Assembly (NCBI RefSeq): GCF_009914755.1
Contig: NC_060925.1
Length of the DNA stretch: 64,000 nt
Reading direction: 5' to 3' (one strand)
Source: the human T2T-CHM13v2.0 reference genome, Homo sapiens
In this document: positions 1 to 13,020 of the stretch, in pieces
Numbering within the stretch: the stretch's first letter is position 1
How the letters are laid out: each line of letters starts with the position of its first letter
Program-made: the position numbers and the translations under genes
The notes under the pieces: generated by a model
What the model was told of the DNA's origin: nothing
The model's database searches: none
The model's input: only the letters and a program-made list of their open reading frames with translations

Positions 1-244
1 TTGACTTACAACTGAAGAGACAATGAGTCACAGACATGGGATTTGGACTCAGTCCTCAACTTGAACCCAGACTCTCCCACAGCACCATTCACCCAGTGCA
101 TCAAAGGGGCACTAGACTGGGAGATGGGGTGCCTGGGTCAAGCCCAGCTGGTCACGAGCTAGCAGGCAAACTCAGCGGTTTCCCAAAGGCGCACCTCTCC
201 TAACCTTTGCACTAGGTGTTTATCCAGGGTGTTCTCCCACCAAG

Positions 245-414
245 GGCTTCAGAGCTTGACTCTGGAGTTACACAGAGCCAGGTTCAAATTCTGCAGCTCC
301 CTACTGTGTTCAACCTCTCTGACTCCAGAGTCCTCATTGGTGAAATGGGAAATCTGCCTCAGGATGAAGTGAGATGGCACAGGCAGTGCCTGGCACAGCA
401 GAAGCCCTCAGTAA
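245..414 (+). mobile_element. MIR SINE fragment
   Basis: caggttcaaattctgcagctcc...ctcattggtgaaatggg...gtgcctggcacagcagaagccctcagtaa resembles the MIR core and 3' end. Confidence 0.65.
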
Positions 415-1737
415 GTGGTGGTGGTGATGGTGGTGGTGGTGGTAGTGATGCTTGTGGTAGTGGTGGTGGTGATGGTGGTGGTGGTGGTGGTGGTGATGGT
501 GGTGGTGGTGGTGACGGTGGTGGTGGTGGTGACGGTGGTGGTGGTGGTGGTGGTGACGGTGGTGGTGGTGGTGACGGTGGTGGTGGTGGTGGTGGTGACG
601 GTGGTGGTGGTGACGGTGGTGATGGTGGTGGTGGTGGTGGTGATGGTGGTGGTGGTGGTGACGGTGGTGGTGGTGGTGACGGTGGTGGTGGTGGAGACGG
701 TGGTGGTGGTGGTGGTGGTGGTGGTGACGGTGGTGGTGGTGGTGGTGATGGTGGTGATGGTGGTGGTGGTGGTGACAGTGGTGATGGTGGTGACGGTGGT
801 GGTGGTGGTGGTGGTGACGGTGGTGGTGGTGGAGACGGTGGTGGTGGTGGTGGTGGTGGTGGTGACGGTGGTGGTGGTGGTGGTGATGGTGGTGATGGTG
901 GTGGTGGTGGTGACAGTGGTGATGGTGGTGGTGGTGGTGGTGGTGATGGTGGTGGTGGTGGTGACGGTGGTGGTGGTGATGGTGGTGGTGACGGTGGTGG
1001 TGGTGATGGTGGTGGTGATGGTGGTGGTGGTGGTGGTGATGGTGGTGATGGTGGTGATGGTGGTGATGGTGGTGGTGGTGATGGTGGTGGTGACGGTGGT
1101 GGTGGTGATGGTGGTGGTGATGGTGGTGATGGTGGTGGTGATGGTGGTGATGGTGGTGATGGTGGTGGTGGTGGTGATGGTGGTGGTGGTGATGGTGGTG
1201 GTGACGGTGGTGGTGGTGATGGTGGTGGTGATGGTGGTGGTGGTGGTGGTGATGGTGGTGATGGTGGTGATGGTGGTGGTGGTGGTGATGGTGGTGGTGG
1301 TGATGGTGATGGTGATGATGGTGGTGGTGGTGGTGGTGGTGATGGTGGTGGTGGTGGTGGTGATGGTGGTGATGGTGGTGGTGATGGTGATGGTGGTGGT
1401 GGTGGTGGTGGTGATGGTGGTGGTGGTGGTGATGGTGGTGGTGATGGTGGTGGTGATGGTGGTGGTGATGGTGATGGTGGTGGTGGTGGTGGTGGTGGTG
1501 GTGGTGGTGATGGTGGTGGTGATGGTGATGGTGGTGATGGTGGTGATGGTGGTGGTGGTGGTGATGGTGGTGGTGGTGATGGTGGTGGTGGTGGTGGTGA
1601 TGGTGGTGGTGGTGGTGGTGGTGGTGGTGATGGTGGTGGTGGTGGTGATGGTGGTGGTGGTGGTGGTGGTGATGGTGGTGGTGATGGTGGTGGTGACAGT
1701 GGTAGTGATGGTGGTGGTGGCGGTGGTGGTGGTGGTG
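415..1737. repeat. Interrupted (GGT)n/(ACC)n trinucleotide tract, ~1.3 kb
   Basis: Continuous GGT units with GAT/GAC and rare AGT/GGA interruptions. It produces the poly-Gly/Asp, poly-Val and poly-Thr ORFs in the track. Confidence 0.99.
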
Positions 1738-2869
1738 TTACAATTCTGCACCAGTTCTTTATCCTTCAAAACACAGCTCTAGCATGTGCTCTGGGATGGC
1801 TGCTGCCTGCACATTCTAGGGGGCGCCCTTCACAGCATGTCCATGTGTGAGTTGTGCAGTACACAGCCTGTGCAGCAGCATGCTGAGGCCCTGAATTCTA
1901 GAAAGCCTTCCTCACTGGCCAGGTTTGGTCAGGGGCCCCTCTCTCCTCTGTCACCCCTGGTCCACACCAGACTGTGAGTTCCTTGAGGGTAGGGGCTTTG
2001 TCCTGCCCACCCCTGTGTCCCCAAGCCCAGCTCAGTACCTGGCCCACAACAGGGCAGACATCAGCAACCATTCCTTCAGCTCATGGGCAGCTGAGCAGAT
2101 ATTTACATCTATGTTTAGTCTCCAAAGCTCTTAACTGAGGTCCAAAGATCTTAAGTGACTGAAGTAGTTAAACGTACCCTACTGACATTTGCAAAGCCAG
2201 AGATCTGAAGTGGCCAGTTAGATGCAGCCTCGTGTCAAAATACACAAGCCCCACGTCTCATTGCCAAGTCACATGCCTGACGACCCCCATGTCCCCGCCC
2301 CTCCCGGCTTAGCACCGGCTGAGACTTTGAGGAGATGCAGCGAGGGCGTCTGTCTCAAACGCCACCGAGTTCCCTGGCACTGCAGGAAACCTAAGGGTCT
2401 ATTTCGTAGGCCATGTCAAAATGTTTCTGGTGTTGCCCAAAATAGCTGCTCCAGACACTCGTGCTGTGCCAACCACAGGAGGAGAAATGGCCCAAACATG
2501 TGACATAAGCAGGTGTGATGAGCTGCACCCCCCAACACACGAGAGGGGCAACTCCGAGTGCAGGAGAGTCCTGGCCTTCTCCAGACGTCCCCAAAGGGCC
2601 ATGCAGGGACCGAGGCTTGGCGTCCACTCACCTCGGGCATTTGGTTTCCTGTGGTGCTGGCCGTGAGGCAAATGTCCCTGGAAGGGGGCATCAGGCTCAG
2701 TGGCCTTTGGGGGCAGCTGGAGCCTCCATGTGCCAGGCCCTGTGCTGGGCACTGGGGTTGCAGAGATGCCAGATGCCTTCCGGGGAGGGGCGTCTATGCT
2801 GAGCCCCGAGGGTGAGATGTTAGGCAGACGTGGAGGGTGGGGACTGACCGTCACACACTGCTGTCACCT

Positions 2870-3065
2870 GCCACGTGCTGGGGCTGTGTTCTAAGCGTTT
2901 ACTTGTATTAAATCCTCACAGTAGCCCCCGTGAGAGTGAGGCAGACACTATCACCACCCCCAGTTTACAGATGAGGAGACTGAGGCACAGAGAGGTTAGG
3001 AACTGCTCATCATCCGGTCACCCACCAGGCCAGGTTTCAGACCGAGGGGGCCTGGTTCCCGAGTC
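2870..3065 (-). mobile_element. MIR SINE
   Basis: aatcctcacagtagcccc...cccagtttacagatgaggagactgaggcacagagaggttagg is the MIR core in reverse orientation. Confidence 0.8.
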
Positions 3066-4174
3066 CTCCCAGGTCCCTGCTGTGCACGGGCAGAGGGAAC
3101 AGCAGTGGCATAGGCTCAGAGGCAAGAGTGGGGGCAGGGAAGACTCAGGCAAGGGATGTAGCTCAGTCTCACCTGGAGTGACAGTGTGGGCAGCTGAGGG
3201 CGAGTAAGGCTGGGGGAGGGGCTGGCCCCGGGGACCCTGACCCGCAGTCAGGGTATGACCACCCACACTCACTGCCCCGGGCAGGAGGACAGGGATGAAG
3301 CTTTGCCCTCAGGTCACTAGGCGGTGACTCCTGCAGGTGTCACTTCCCCACTCCCGGGCTGTCTTTGTCACTTCTGGGCCCACAGCCCCTGGCATGGGGC
3401 AGGGGCAGCCCTTGTCCATTTGGACTGCATGGGGCATTGCTTTCTCCTGCTCTGCACTCAGCCCCGAACAGGCACGATGCGGCTGCAGACATGGGGGCCA
3501 TTGCCCTCTAGCTCTTGACCCAGCCGGGGACAAAGGTGGGCATCCTGAGTGCTGCACCCGACATCACCAGCTCCCTCATTCCTGGCATGTGGTGGGGTCA
3601 CTCCTCCCACCCCCTCTGAAGGCAGATGTGGTCACGTGACTGGCTCTGGCCGCTGTGCTGTGAGAGGCGGCGGCATGTGTCACCTCCAGGAGGGGCATAA
3701 AGGACCAGGGCAGGGTTGATGCCTTCTTCCTTTTGCTGTGTGACAACAGAAGCCCCACCCAGGTGAAAGGTGAGAGACTGCAGTGAGCAGAGCCCCGAGC
3801 CCCGCCCTGAGCCTGCCAGGCAGAGGCAGGGAGCCTGCTCCTGCTAAGGGCGCAGAGCCGTTAGTCACTGCAGCACAGCCCAGGCCCAGCCCATGCCCTG
3901 CACGGAGCCAGGTCTCCCGAGAAGGTGAGCACCACTGTGAGGAGCGAGGGGGTGGGGAGGCCGACTCCCCAGCCCCCAGGCCCCCACGGAGGCTGGTCCC
4001 TGTGGGACGGGTCCCTCGACGCCACCAGTCACAGGTGTGGTGGTCCTGCCAGCATCAGGGTGGCTCCCAGGCCCCACCTCCAGCCTCTGACTGACCCAGA
4101 CCTGGGGCCAGACAGGCGTGTTCCATGACAACATGCAGCTTGCCCCAGAGAGCCACTGGGTGCCCCATCCCTCT

Positions 4175-4710
4175 GTATTTACTCAGCCACTCAACAAGGA
4201 ACATAGCCGCACACCAACCCTGTGCCAGGCGTGTGCTGGGCCCTGGAAATACCCAGGAACAGGACCCATGAGGCCCCTGCCCGCCTGGAGCTCATGGACT
4301 AGTGAGAGCAACAGTGATTCCAGTAAACCCCCAAGGAAAGAATTACAGAAGGTGCTGAGAGAAACCAGAGGAATGCCAAGAAGCTGGGGTGAGGGGAGCC
4401 AAGTCTGTGGGGCAGTGGGGGGAGAGGTCGCATTTAAGCTGATGAAGATCAAAAGGACTGGCCAAGTGGAGGAGAGCAGGAAAAGGCATTGCAGGCGGAG
4501 GGAACTGCATGGGCAAAGGCCCTGTGGCAGGAAAGCGCTTGGGTGTCCTCTGGAGAGACAGCAGGGAGGGGAGGGAGGGCAAGGGCTGGGCCACACAGGC
4601 CTGGGAGCAGCAGTGGGGGGTCTGCACTTGATCCTGGAGGGAAGGAGAAGCCACTGAAGGGTCAGGAGGAAAAGGATGTGACCAATCCTCATTTCGGAAG
4701 AACCTTCTGG
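4175..4710 (-). mobile_element. L2 LINE 3' fragment
   Basis: ctgtgccaggcgtgtgctgggccctgg...gcatgggcaaaggccctgtggcaggaaag...cttgatcctggagg...gagaagccactgaaggg, typical of reverse-oriented L2. Confidence 0.7.
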
Positions 4711-4967
4711 GAGCCCAGGGCTAAGCACAGGGCCTGGCATACGGTTGGTGCTCAATGAATGCTTGCTGACAATGACACTGCAGGAGGGAAATGGGGACAC
4801 TCCATGTAGGGCGACACTGACCGGCCCTGTATGATGCACCTGAACTAACACCCAGCCGGCAGGGCTGTCCCCTCGAGGACAGTGAGGAGCTGGTGTTTGT
4901 GGAACAGCTGCCACTTGCCTGGCTCTGAGTGCAAGCTTCTTACGCGACAGCTGAAATGTCCTCAATG

Positions 4968-5273
4968 ATGACCCCAGGAGGAGGGGGCACAGAGGTCCCT
5001 AGTGAGGACCAGGAGGAAAAGCAAAGATGTCCCCAGTGAGGACTAGGGGGAGGGGGCACAGCCGTCCCCAGGGAGGATCAGAAGAAATGAGGACCCCAGG
5101 AGAAGAGGCACAGATGTCCCCAGGGAGGACAAGGAGGAGGAGGCAAAGATGTCCATCTCCAGTGAGGAGGAGGAAGAGGGGGCACAGATGTCCCCAGGAG
5201 GACCCCAGGAAGAGGGTGCACAGATGTCCCCAGTAAGAGGCAGGAGGAGGGAACCCAGAAGTCCCTAGAGAGG
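4968..5273. repeat. Degenerate minisatellite, ~33-37 bp unit, ~8 copies
   Basis: Recurring GGCACAGATGTCCCCAG(T/G)GAGGAC(C/A)AGGAGGA(G/A) units. Confidence 0.8.
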
Positions 5274-5489
5274 AATTGATGCTGTTTCCACAATGAAACT
5301 GGCCCAAGGTGAAATGCTCTAACCAGACACCAGTTCGTTTGAAACAGATTCTCATTACAAAGCTCATCAAGAAATATTTCAATCTGGAAATCGATGGGAG
5401 CTCATGGAAAGAATTACTTGCTGAATAATGAAGAAGGACAAGTCGATAGTACTGAGTAAACGGCAGAGGAGGAACGTCTCAATGCCTTC

Positions 5490-5865
5490 CCTGCCTGAGC
5501 CTGCTCGGGCTGCCATAACAACACCCCACAGACTGGGAGGCTTAAGCAACAGAAATTTATTCTCAAAGTTCTGGAAACTCAAAGTCCAATATCACGGTGC
5601 CAGCCTGGTGGGGTGCTGGTGAAAGCTCTCCTTAGGGTGCCCATGGAGGCTTCTCACTGTGTCCTCACAGGGGAGAGAGAGAGAGAGAGCACTCCAGTGT
5701 CTCACCTTACAGGAGCATGAATCCCGTCAAAGAGGCTCCACTCTCCTGACTTCATCTAACCCTAATCACCTCCCAAAGCCCCCCCTCCAAATATCATCGT
5801 GTGAGGGGTTAGGGCTTCCACATCTGAATGTGGAGGGCGAAAGGACGCAAACGTTTAAGTCACAT
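5490..5865 (-). mobile_element. MaLR LTR (MLT1A-like)
   Basis: gggctgccataacaacaccccacagactgggaggcttaagcaacagaaatttattctca...cctaatcacctcccaaagcccc...gggttagggcttccacatctgaat matches the reverse complement of MLT1. Confidence 0.85.
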
Positions 5866-6369
5866 GACCTACGCACAGCCTCTCAGCCATCCAGTTGACG
5901 AAACTGTGACATTGAAATATGAGGAAACACGCAGCCTCCTAACAAGAGAGACAGAAGCCAGCTCAAGTGATAATGAATGCTACCTGGGAAACATCAGAAC
6001 CTGTGGCCTGTCTGGCCATATTTTCTAGCCATATATGTGACTCCTGAGAGCCCCATCAGTGTCCCCAGGAGAGAACCCCATGCCTGGACTCATGGTCTGG
6101 CCCTGCTCGGCCTCTAATGAGAAATACAGAACTCAGCACGCCTAACACTGTCTCTGGACCTGATGTTGTCATTCCCTCTTCATCCACAACCTGCACCCCT
6201 AATATACAGTCTGCTTAGCCCCAAACACACTGCATACCTTAAGGAGTCCCCCAGACCACCCAGCCATCAACCCTGGCTCTGATCTCAGCCTATTTTTCCT
6301 GAACCAGACATTCAGGGCAGCTTGTCCTTGTGCTAATGTTTAATAACAGTGGGGGCAGCGCATTGACGG

Positions 6370-6590
6370 AGTCGCAGCCAGGATTCTGGAGTCAGAGACC
6401 TGGGTTCACATCCCGGCTTCTGTGTGACCCCGGCCAAGCTCCTTTGCCTGTCTGAGGCTCAGTTCCCTCATCTGTAAAGCGGCGGTCATGATTCCTGCCT
6501 GATGGGACAACAGGGAAGTGAGATGATGTGCAGAAATTGCTGTGCAGGGTGTCTGGCACCCAGGAAATGCTCAGGAAGCGTAGCTCACTG
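6370..6590 (+). mobile_element. MIR SINE
   Basis: ctggagtcagagacctgggttcacatccc...ctcagttccctcatctgtaaa...tctggcacccaggaaatgctca. Confidence 0.75.
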
Positions 6591-6759
6591 TTGTAACACT
6601 AAACAGTTTATGGGAACAACGGGCATCACTGGCAGGTTCACATTCTCTCTCCCGTGGAAATGACCATCTCTGACATTGGCACGGAGCTTGGAACCTTGCA
6701 GAGCCCTCTCATGCCCTTCTTCCTAGGGGACCCTCAGAGTGACCCAAAGAGGCAGGTGA

Positions 6760-6965
6760 GAACATAAGCTCTGGAGCCAGACTCCCTGGGCTCAAATCCT
6801 GTCTCTGCCATTGCTGAGATATATCAACTTTAGCAAGGTATTTCCCTCTTTGAGCCTCATTTCCTCAGCTATAAAATGGGGAGATGATAATAATACTGGC
6901 ATTGTGGGCTTGTTGCAAGGGTTAAATGATTTGGTTTATGTAAAGCACCTACGATATAGGTATAG
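6760..6965 (+). mobile_element. MIR SINE
   Basis: ctctggagccagactccctgggctcaaatcctg...gagcctcatttcctcagctataaaatgggg...ttaaatga...tatgtaaagcac. Confidence 0.8.
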
Positions 6966-9900
6966 TAGTAATGTTTTTACTATAGTACGTAGAGTAGTAA
7001 TGTTTTTATCTTTATCATTCTTTCCATTTTACCAAGGATGAGGAAACCAAGGCTCAGAGAGGAAAAGTAGCCTCCTTGAGTCCTTGCAGCTGTTGACATT
7101 GCTGGGCCAGGATTCAGAAGCCAGTGCTTTGACCCACTTTCCATGGTGCAGTCCCAGGAGTTGCTGTATCTCCTTCGCTTTGGAAGGGGACAGATGGGGA
7201 CAGGAACCTGGAGTCCCTCACTCTTGTCTGCATGGGCTCAGGGCCAGGCCAGCATCTGCTGCCCAGGCAGTGCCCAGGAGAAGGGGGTAGCAAAAGTGTC
7301 CAAAGATGACTGACCACACGCCCATCATGGCACTGAGCACCTGAACTGCGTTTTCCCTTTTGTCATGACAACAACTCTATTCCCACTTCACAGAGGGGCA
7401 AACTGAGGCTCCGGAGGCTGAGACGCGTGTCCAGGATCACACAGATAATGGCCATCAGAGTCGGCTCTAACTCGGATCTGTCTTTGCCCAGGCCCCACGT
7501 CCCACCTGCCCGTGCCAAGTGCTATGCAGTTCCGGACACATCTCATTGAATCCCACAGCATCCTTGGAGGGAAATCTCACCCCCCATTGCACAGGCAAGG
7601 AAACTGAGGCCATGCTGGGCATGGAACTCCCCCAAGGCCCCACAGCTAGTGAGTGGAAGAATCCCACAGAATTCAAACTCAGGGCCGTCTGTTCCCAAAC
7701 CCACAGTGAAGGTAGTTCCCTCCTCCCTGCCTTGTTCTCGAAGCCTGCAGGGAGCTCGATGACCGCACTGTGGGGAGGGCACTGCAGGGACAGAGGGGCC
7801 AGCTGGGGCCTGCAGGAGGGCAAGCAGGGCAGTTCTGATTCCTGGAGTCTCCAGGAACTTTCACAGACTTCAATCCTCCAAGAGGCCAGGAGGGAAGACA
7901 TGAGAAGAATCTCATTCTCTGGGTCCTCTTCCCATGGTCTTTGCAGAGAGATGTAACTGCATCAAAAGTAGAAGTTACCACTTCAAGGGCCCCAGGATAA
8001 ACCCCACAAAGATGGATTTTTCTTAACCTCACTATCTTTCCCTCCCCAGGGTCGGGGGTCAAGTCAATAACTTCCTGCCCACTGCCTGCTGCAGATCCCA
8101 GCAAGGCTGCAAACCTGTGTCAGCTGTAAATCCATCTCCCCCTGGAAACCAACTGGAAACCCAGTTGCCAAATCCACCCTAAATCCAGCAGTTCACAAAT
8201 CAAAGGCTGCTTCTGGGCTCGTGCTGGGCTGGGCAAGGCGCCCTGGGGACGCCGTCCTTGAGTCTCCATCTCCCCAGACTCAGATTTCAACCGGGGTCAG
8301 GGGAGCAGCATGGACCTGCCAGGGACAGGCCCAGCAGGAACTGAAGGATAAACTCCAAACCAGACGAGTGGTTGCTGTTCCAGCCCACCTCGCCCTCACC
8401 AGTGAGCTGTAGTGGACACTCCTGCCAACTGGGCCCAGGAGAACTCCAGGCATGCCTGCAAGGAGAGGAGGGCCTCAGGAGCACAGAGAAGCCACCCTGG
8501 GCCCAGAACTGAGCTCAAGCAGGTCTCACTCAGCCAGAAGCATTTGTCAAGCACATGCTCCAGAGAACACCACGGTTCTGAAGTTGCCCAGGAATTTACC
8601 TCCAAGTTCATTGTTTTGCAAAGCTAGAGAGCTTAGGCAGAGGCTCCTGCAGGTGAGGAGGAAGCATGAAGTGGAGCTCATTCCCAGGGTTCTCTCCCTG
8701 AAGCTTCCGGAGGGTGGCACGGGTGCCAGGCAAGGGAGGTGGAGATCACGGGCACTCACTCTGCGTGGAACCCACTCACACTTCTGTCAACTGGGTCTCT
8801 ATACCAGCAGTGGAATTCTTCCCTGATCCACCAGATTCCCCATCCCTCCCCAGTTCCACTCCACCCCCTACAGAGCTTCCCAGTGCAATCAGCTCCAACC
8901 TCCATGCACGGCACAGCCCTCTGTTCCCTCTGTCAGAGTTCCCTTCCTGCCTGTCCCTGAGCTCAGGGACAATAGGAGCCTGTGGCCAGGTTTGCCCAAA
9001 GCTGGCACCTTGACTCCTGGGCAGCAGCTCCATGCATATTGTGAACAAATGAATAAGTGAATGAATGAGTGAGCAAGTGAGTAATCAAATGGATGCAAAA
9101 GCCACTTGCCCCTGGTGCACCCCTAGCCTCTCCTGGGAATAAACTTGGCCCCAAAACACTGTCTTCATAAAGCCAACAACAGCCCCTCACACATGGCCAT
9201 CACTAGCCTTAACAAGTCAATTTCCCCTCCTTTCCTCCTTTGATCCACACAAGGTAGGTGCCGCTATTATTCCATCTGGGAGGTAGGAACACGAAGGCAG
9301 AGGGGGACTGAGTAACTTGCTCAATATGGCATGTTAAGATCAGATCTTAACCCAGATCTATGGGCCCACCTCTGTGCCGTCCAAGGCTCCTGACCCCACT
9401 GCCAGGCCCCTTGGCAGGGTAGTACATTGTCCTGTCAACATCTTGGGATTAGCCCCTCCCTCTTCCCCAAACTGAGGCCTTTCCCTCTGAGCCTTAGTCT
9501 CTGCTGGGCTTTATTAGTAAAGATTTAGTGTCTGGATTGAGGGAAGTGAAAGTCTTGATCAGATCCAGAGGATGGTGTTTGCTCTGGACTTAAGTGGCAC
9601 CCGGACTAATGGGACTTTGTACCAAGGATCGATTGTGGGGTAATGGGAGCCCTCCCCTGCCACACCTCCTCTGCCGTCCCCAAGCCCGGGGTAGGTCCCA
9701 TCCAGCTGCGCTGTCTCACACAGCCTGTGGGGAAGCACAGCTGTCAGGGCTGGATTTTCAGGATTAGTTTGGTTGAAGATGCCGAAACCCAGCTCCCGTG
9801 GCTGATACCAAAGGGGGCATTCCCAGTGGGAAGCAGCAGGGCCTCCAGGAAGCAGGAGGCAGAATCAGAGACCCCCAGGGCTGGGCTCCTCGCCTCTGCA

Positions 9901-12619
9901 TCGGTTCCTACCACAGGCTGAAAACAAATTGTTGCAAGTCACATCCTCAGCCGCCACAGAGGGATCGACTTTCTCACTGCGGCATCAGTGACAAGTCAGA
10001 TGTCCGTCACTGTGCCCAAAGGCACAGGGGCCCTGCCTGGTCCTGCTCTGGTGAGGTGCCCATCCTTATGCACCAAGAAATTGTGGTCAGGGGAGGCAGC
10101 AGGACGAGGTAAGACCATGGGAGTCTCCACCACTGCCATGTGGAAAGGGAGTGGGGGAGGGTGCAGGAAGAGGGAGGGCAACTGGGCAGACAGACACCCC
10201 CATTTCACAGATGAGGAAACTGAGGCTCCCAGAGCAGAAGGAACTTGCTGGAGGTCACACAATGGGTAAGCAGCAGAACTGGGACCCAAGCCCAGATCCA
10301 TCAGGCTCCAGAGAGTCTGTGCTCTAACAACCAGGAGGCCCTGCCCATTCTGCAGTCTGAAACCCCACAGAGGTAAGAGGGTGGTTCCAGGAGACAGGGA
10401 CAAACCTGAGAGCCCCCTGGCTCAGGACGCCAGGGAAGATGGCGCTCTGCCCTCGGGTCCCATCGCCCCACTCAGAGGGCCCAGCTGAGTGAGCACGCTC
10501 ACGCCTCGCGGCCCAAGCCATTGCCAGTAAATTACTCCCAGTAACGGGGTGTTTGCCCAGGGAATTAAAGAGGCAGTAAACAGTTGCCAGAGTAATTAGA
10601 CACGAATGGCGGACGTGCCAGGCTTCTCAACGCCGGGAAGCAACTTCCATAGTAGCCTCCCTCTGCAGGGCGAGATGAGACCACTGGGTTGCGATTGTCA
10701 AGTTAAGCAGCTGAGAGCCAGAGAATCAAAGAGACGGCAAGACATTGCTGGGGGGAGACAGGGTAACCTTGGAAACTACTGCATATAATCCCCTCCGTAT
10801 ACAGACGGAGAAACTGAGGCCCAGGGAGGGAGAACAGACCTGCCCAGGGACACCCAGCAGATTAGAGGGAGAGGTAGGTCTGGAGCCTCGGTCTCATGGG
10901 AAGCAGGTCAAGCCAGTTCCTGGCACACTTGGTTACGCACCGTTCAAGGTCATCTTGGGGAGAAGGGTCACAGCTCTGGCAGTTAATGGGGGCACAGGTA
11001 ACAGCAATGATGAGTGAAACTTTGGGCACACATTCATTCATTCGTTTAATGAGTATTTATTAAGTTCCTACTATATTCTGGGTTCTGTTCTAGGCTCTGG
11101 GGAACAAGGCAAGCAAAAGTCCCTGTCCTCAGAGAGCTGACACTCCAGAAACACAGAACCCAAAGGCAAGTCGGGAACTCAGGAGGCTCACAGGGGCCTA
11201 GGCAAAGGGAGGTGCAGAGACAGCAAGGAGGTGGAGTTCAGGGGAAAATGCATACATGAGCACCCTCTCCCGCTTCCACATGGCCTGGGAAAGGGATCGA
11301 GATTCCAGAGGAGCCATCTGGCCCTGTCTGGCTCAGAACCTGCCTCTGGGCCTTCCCAGATCAGGCTAGTGGACACACAGCAGCTGTGAGAAGTGCAGGC
11401 ACAGAGCTGGGCCTGGCAGCCACCCACACCTGCAGTTCCAGCCACAAGAGCAGGGCCACAGAGAGCCACAACCCACAGATGGAGCATAGTGAACCACTGC
11501 AGATGGGCCTGAGGCAGGGCAGCAGCCCCTAATGGGGGAACAGGAAGATTTGCAGACAGGTAGTGGACCCCTGGAATCTCATGGACCTGCATTCAATCCC
11601 AGCCCTGCCGCTCACTTGCTGTGCTACACTAGGCAAGTTACTGATCTCACTGAGCCTCGGGTTTCTCATCTGCAAAGAGGTTAGAAATGAAAGTCTTTAA
11701 GCGCTGACCGTCCATAATCAGAGCTTTGAGCAGCAGACAGTTCGCAAGATTAAAGCTGGGAGGCACAGCAGGTACTGTGTGTTGCACATCAACCAGGCCA
11801 GACAGTGTGAGGAGCACTTCCTGTAAATCCTGTCATTCAACTGTCTGAAAACCCCTTGAGCCTGGACCATCCTCTCTGCCTGCAGTACCCCAGACCCTCT
11901 TTCCCTTCTGTCCCCAGTAAATCCCATCTCTCTGCTTAGAATAAGCAATTGGCCATGGATCAGGAGGCCCAGATCTATGCCAGCCTCTGCCACTTTCTCA
12001 TTGTGTGACCCAAAGCCACATGTCTCAGTTTCCCCATCTGTGTATTGAGTGCTCATCTTGGAGATCTGACATTTCTTTTCTGCAAGTGGGCTTGAATTGT
12101 CAATTCAACACACCTCCTGTGTGACTTTGGAGGAGTCACTTAAAGTCTCTGGGCTGGGCTAACCTGCTCACCCAGAAGCCCTGCAATTGGAACCGGGGCA
12201 CCTTCCCCTGCCCACCTTGATTCCCATTCAGTGTCAGAGCTTGAACAGAAACTCCAGCTCCACTCCCAAGCCCCTCAAGATGCCAGGGACACTCAGGCTG
12301 CCTCCCTAGCCAATCCCTCAGGGCGAGAGACAGGGAAACACCTGCACTCCAGAACTGATAGTCTAAAAACAGCAGCCAGGGCCCACCTGTGGAGGATGAA
12401 GAGGAATGCACCCAGGGCCTGAACTGCCCAGAACTTCAGACCCTGGATACAAGCCCCAGGGATGGGGAAGCTAAGCAGCCAGTCCCCCAGCTCGGAGAAG
12501 GTGGGGGGAACAGAGCCCAGGAGAATGGGAGTAGGGAGGCTTAGGGACAACCTTTGAAAAATTTAAAAACTGATACAAACTTTATTTTATTATTTTTATC
12601 TCCATCATAAAAACAATGC

Positions 12620-13020
12620 CCAGGCACCCGCAGACAGAGCTGGTGGGAGTATAAATTGGTACAATATTTTGGAAAACAATCGAGTAATAGTGATCCAAGT
12701 TAAAATATATATATCTTTTGACCCAGCAAGCCCATATCTAGGAATTTACCTTACAGAAATATACACTAAATGCCAGGAAATGTACATACAAGAATGTTCC
12801 TAGGAGCACTGTTTGTAAAAACAGGGAGAAACTGCAAACCAATAGGGGACTTGCTGGTGAAACATGGGGCATCCACACAAAGGAAAGAAATGCAGTTGGT
12901 TTTTTTAATGAGGCAGATCTATACATGCTGTCAGAGAGACATTTCCAAGACCAATTAGAAGGGAAAAAAAGAAAATTGAGTAACTGTGCATAAAATGTGA
13001 TCACATTCTTATAAAAAGAA
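12620..13020 (+). mobile_element. Old L1 (L1M/L1ME-like) 3' fragment
   Basis: tggtgggagtataaattggtacaa...ttttgacccagcaagcccatatctaggaatttacc...gtacatacaagaatgttc...gcactgtttgtaa, characteristic of the L1 ORF2 end/3' UTR. Confidence 0.75.

Noticed and set aside
216-1850. 544 aa Gly/Asp-rich ORF, plus the poly-Val and poly-Thr ORFs in other frames
   Set aside because: By-product of the stop-free (GGT)n tract. The start is a GTG and the N-terminal part runs through a MIR remnant; no gene structure.
4968-5273. Repeat-spacer appearance resembling a CRISPR array
   Set aside because: Human DNA; the units are degenerate tandem copies without unique spacers, and there are no cas genes.
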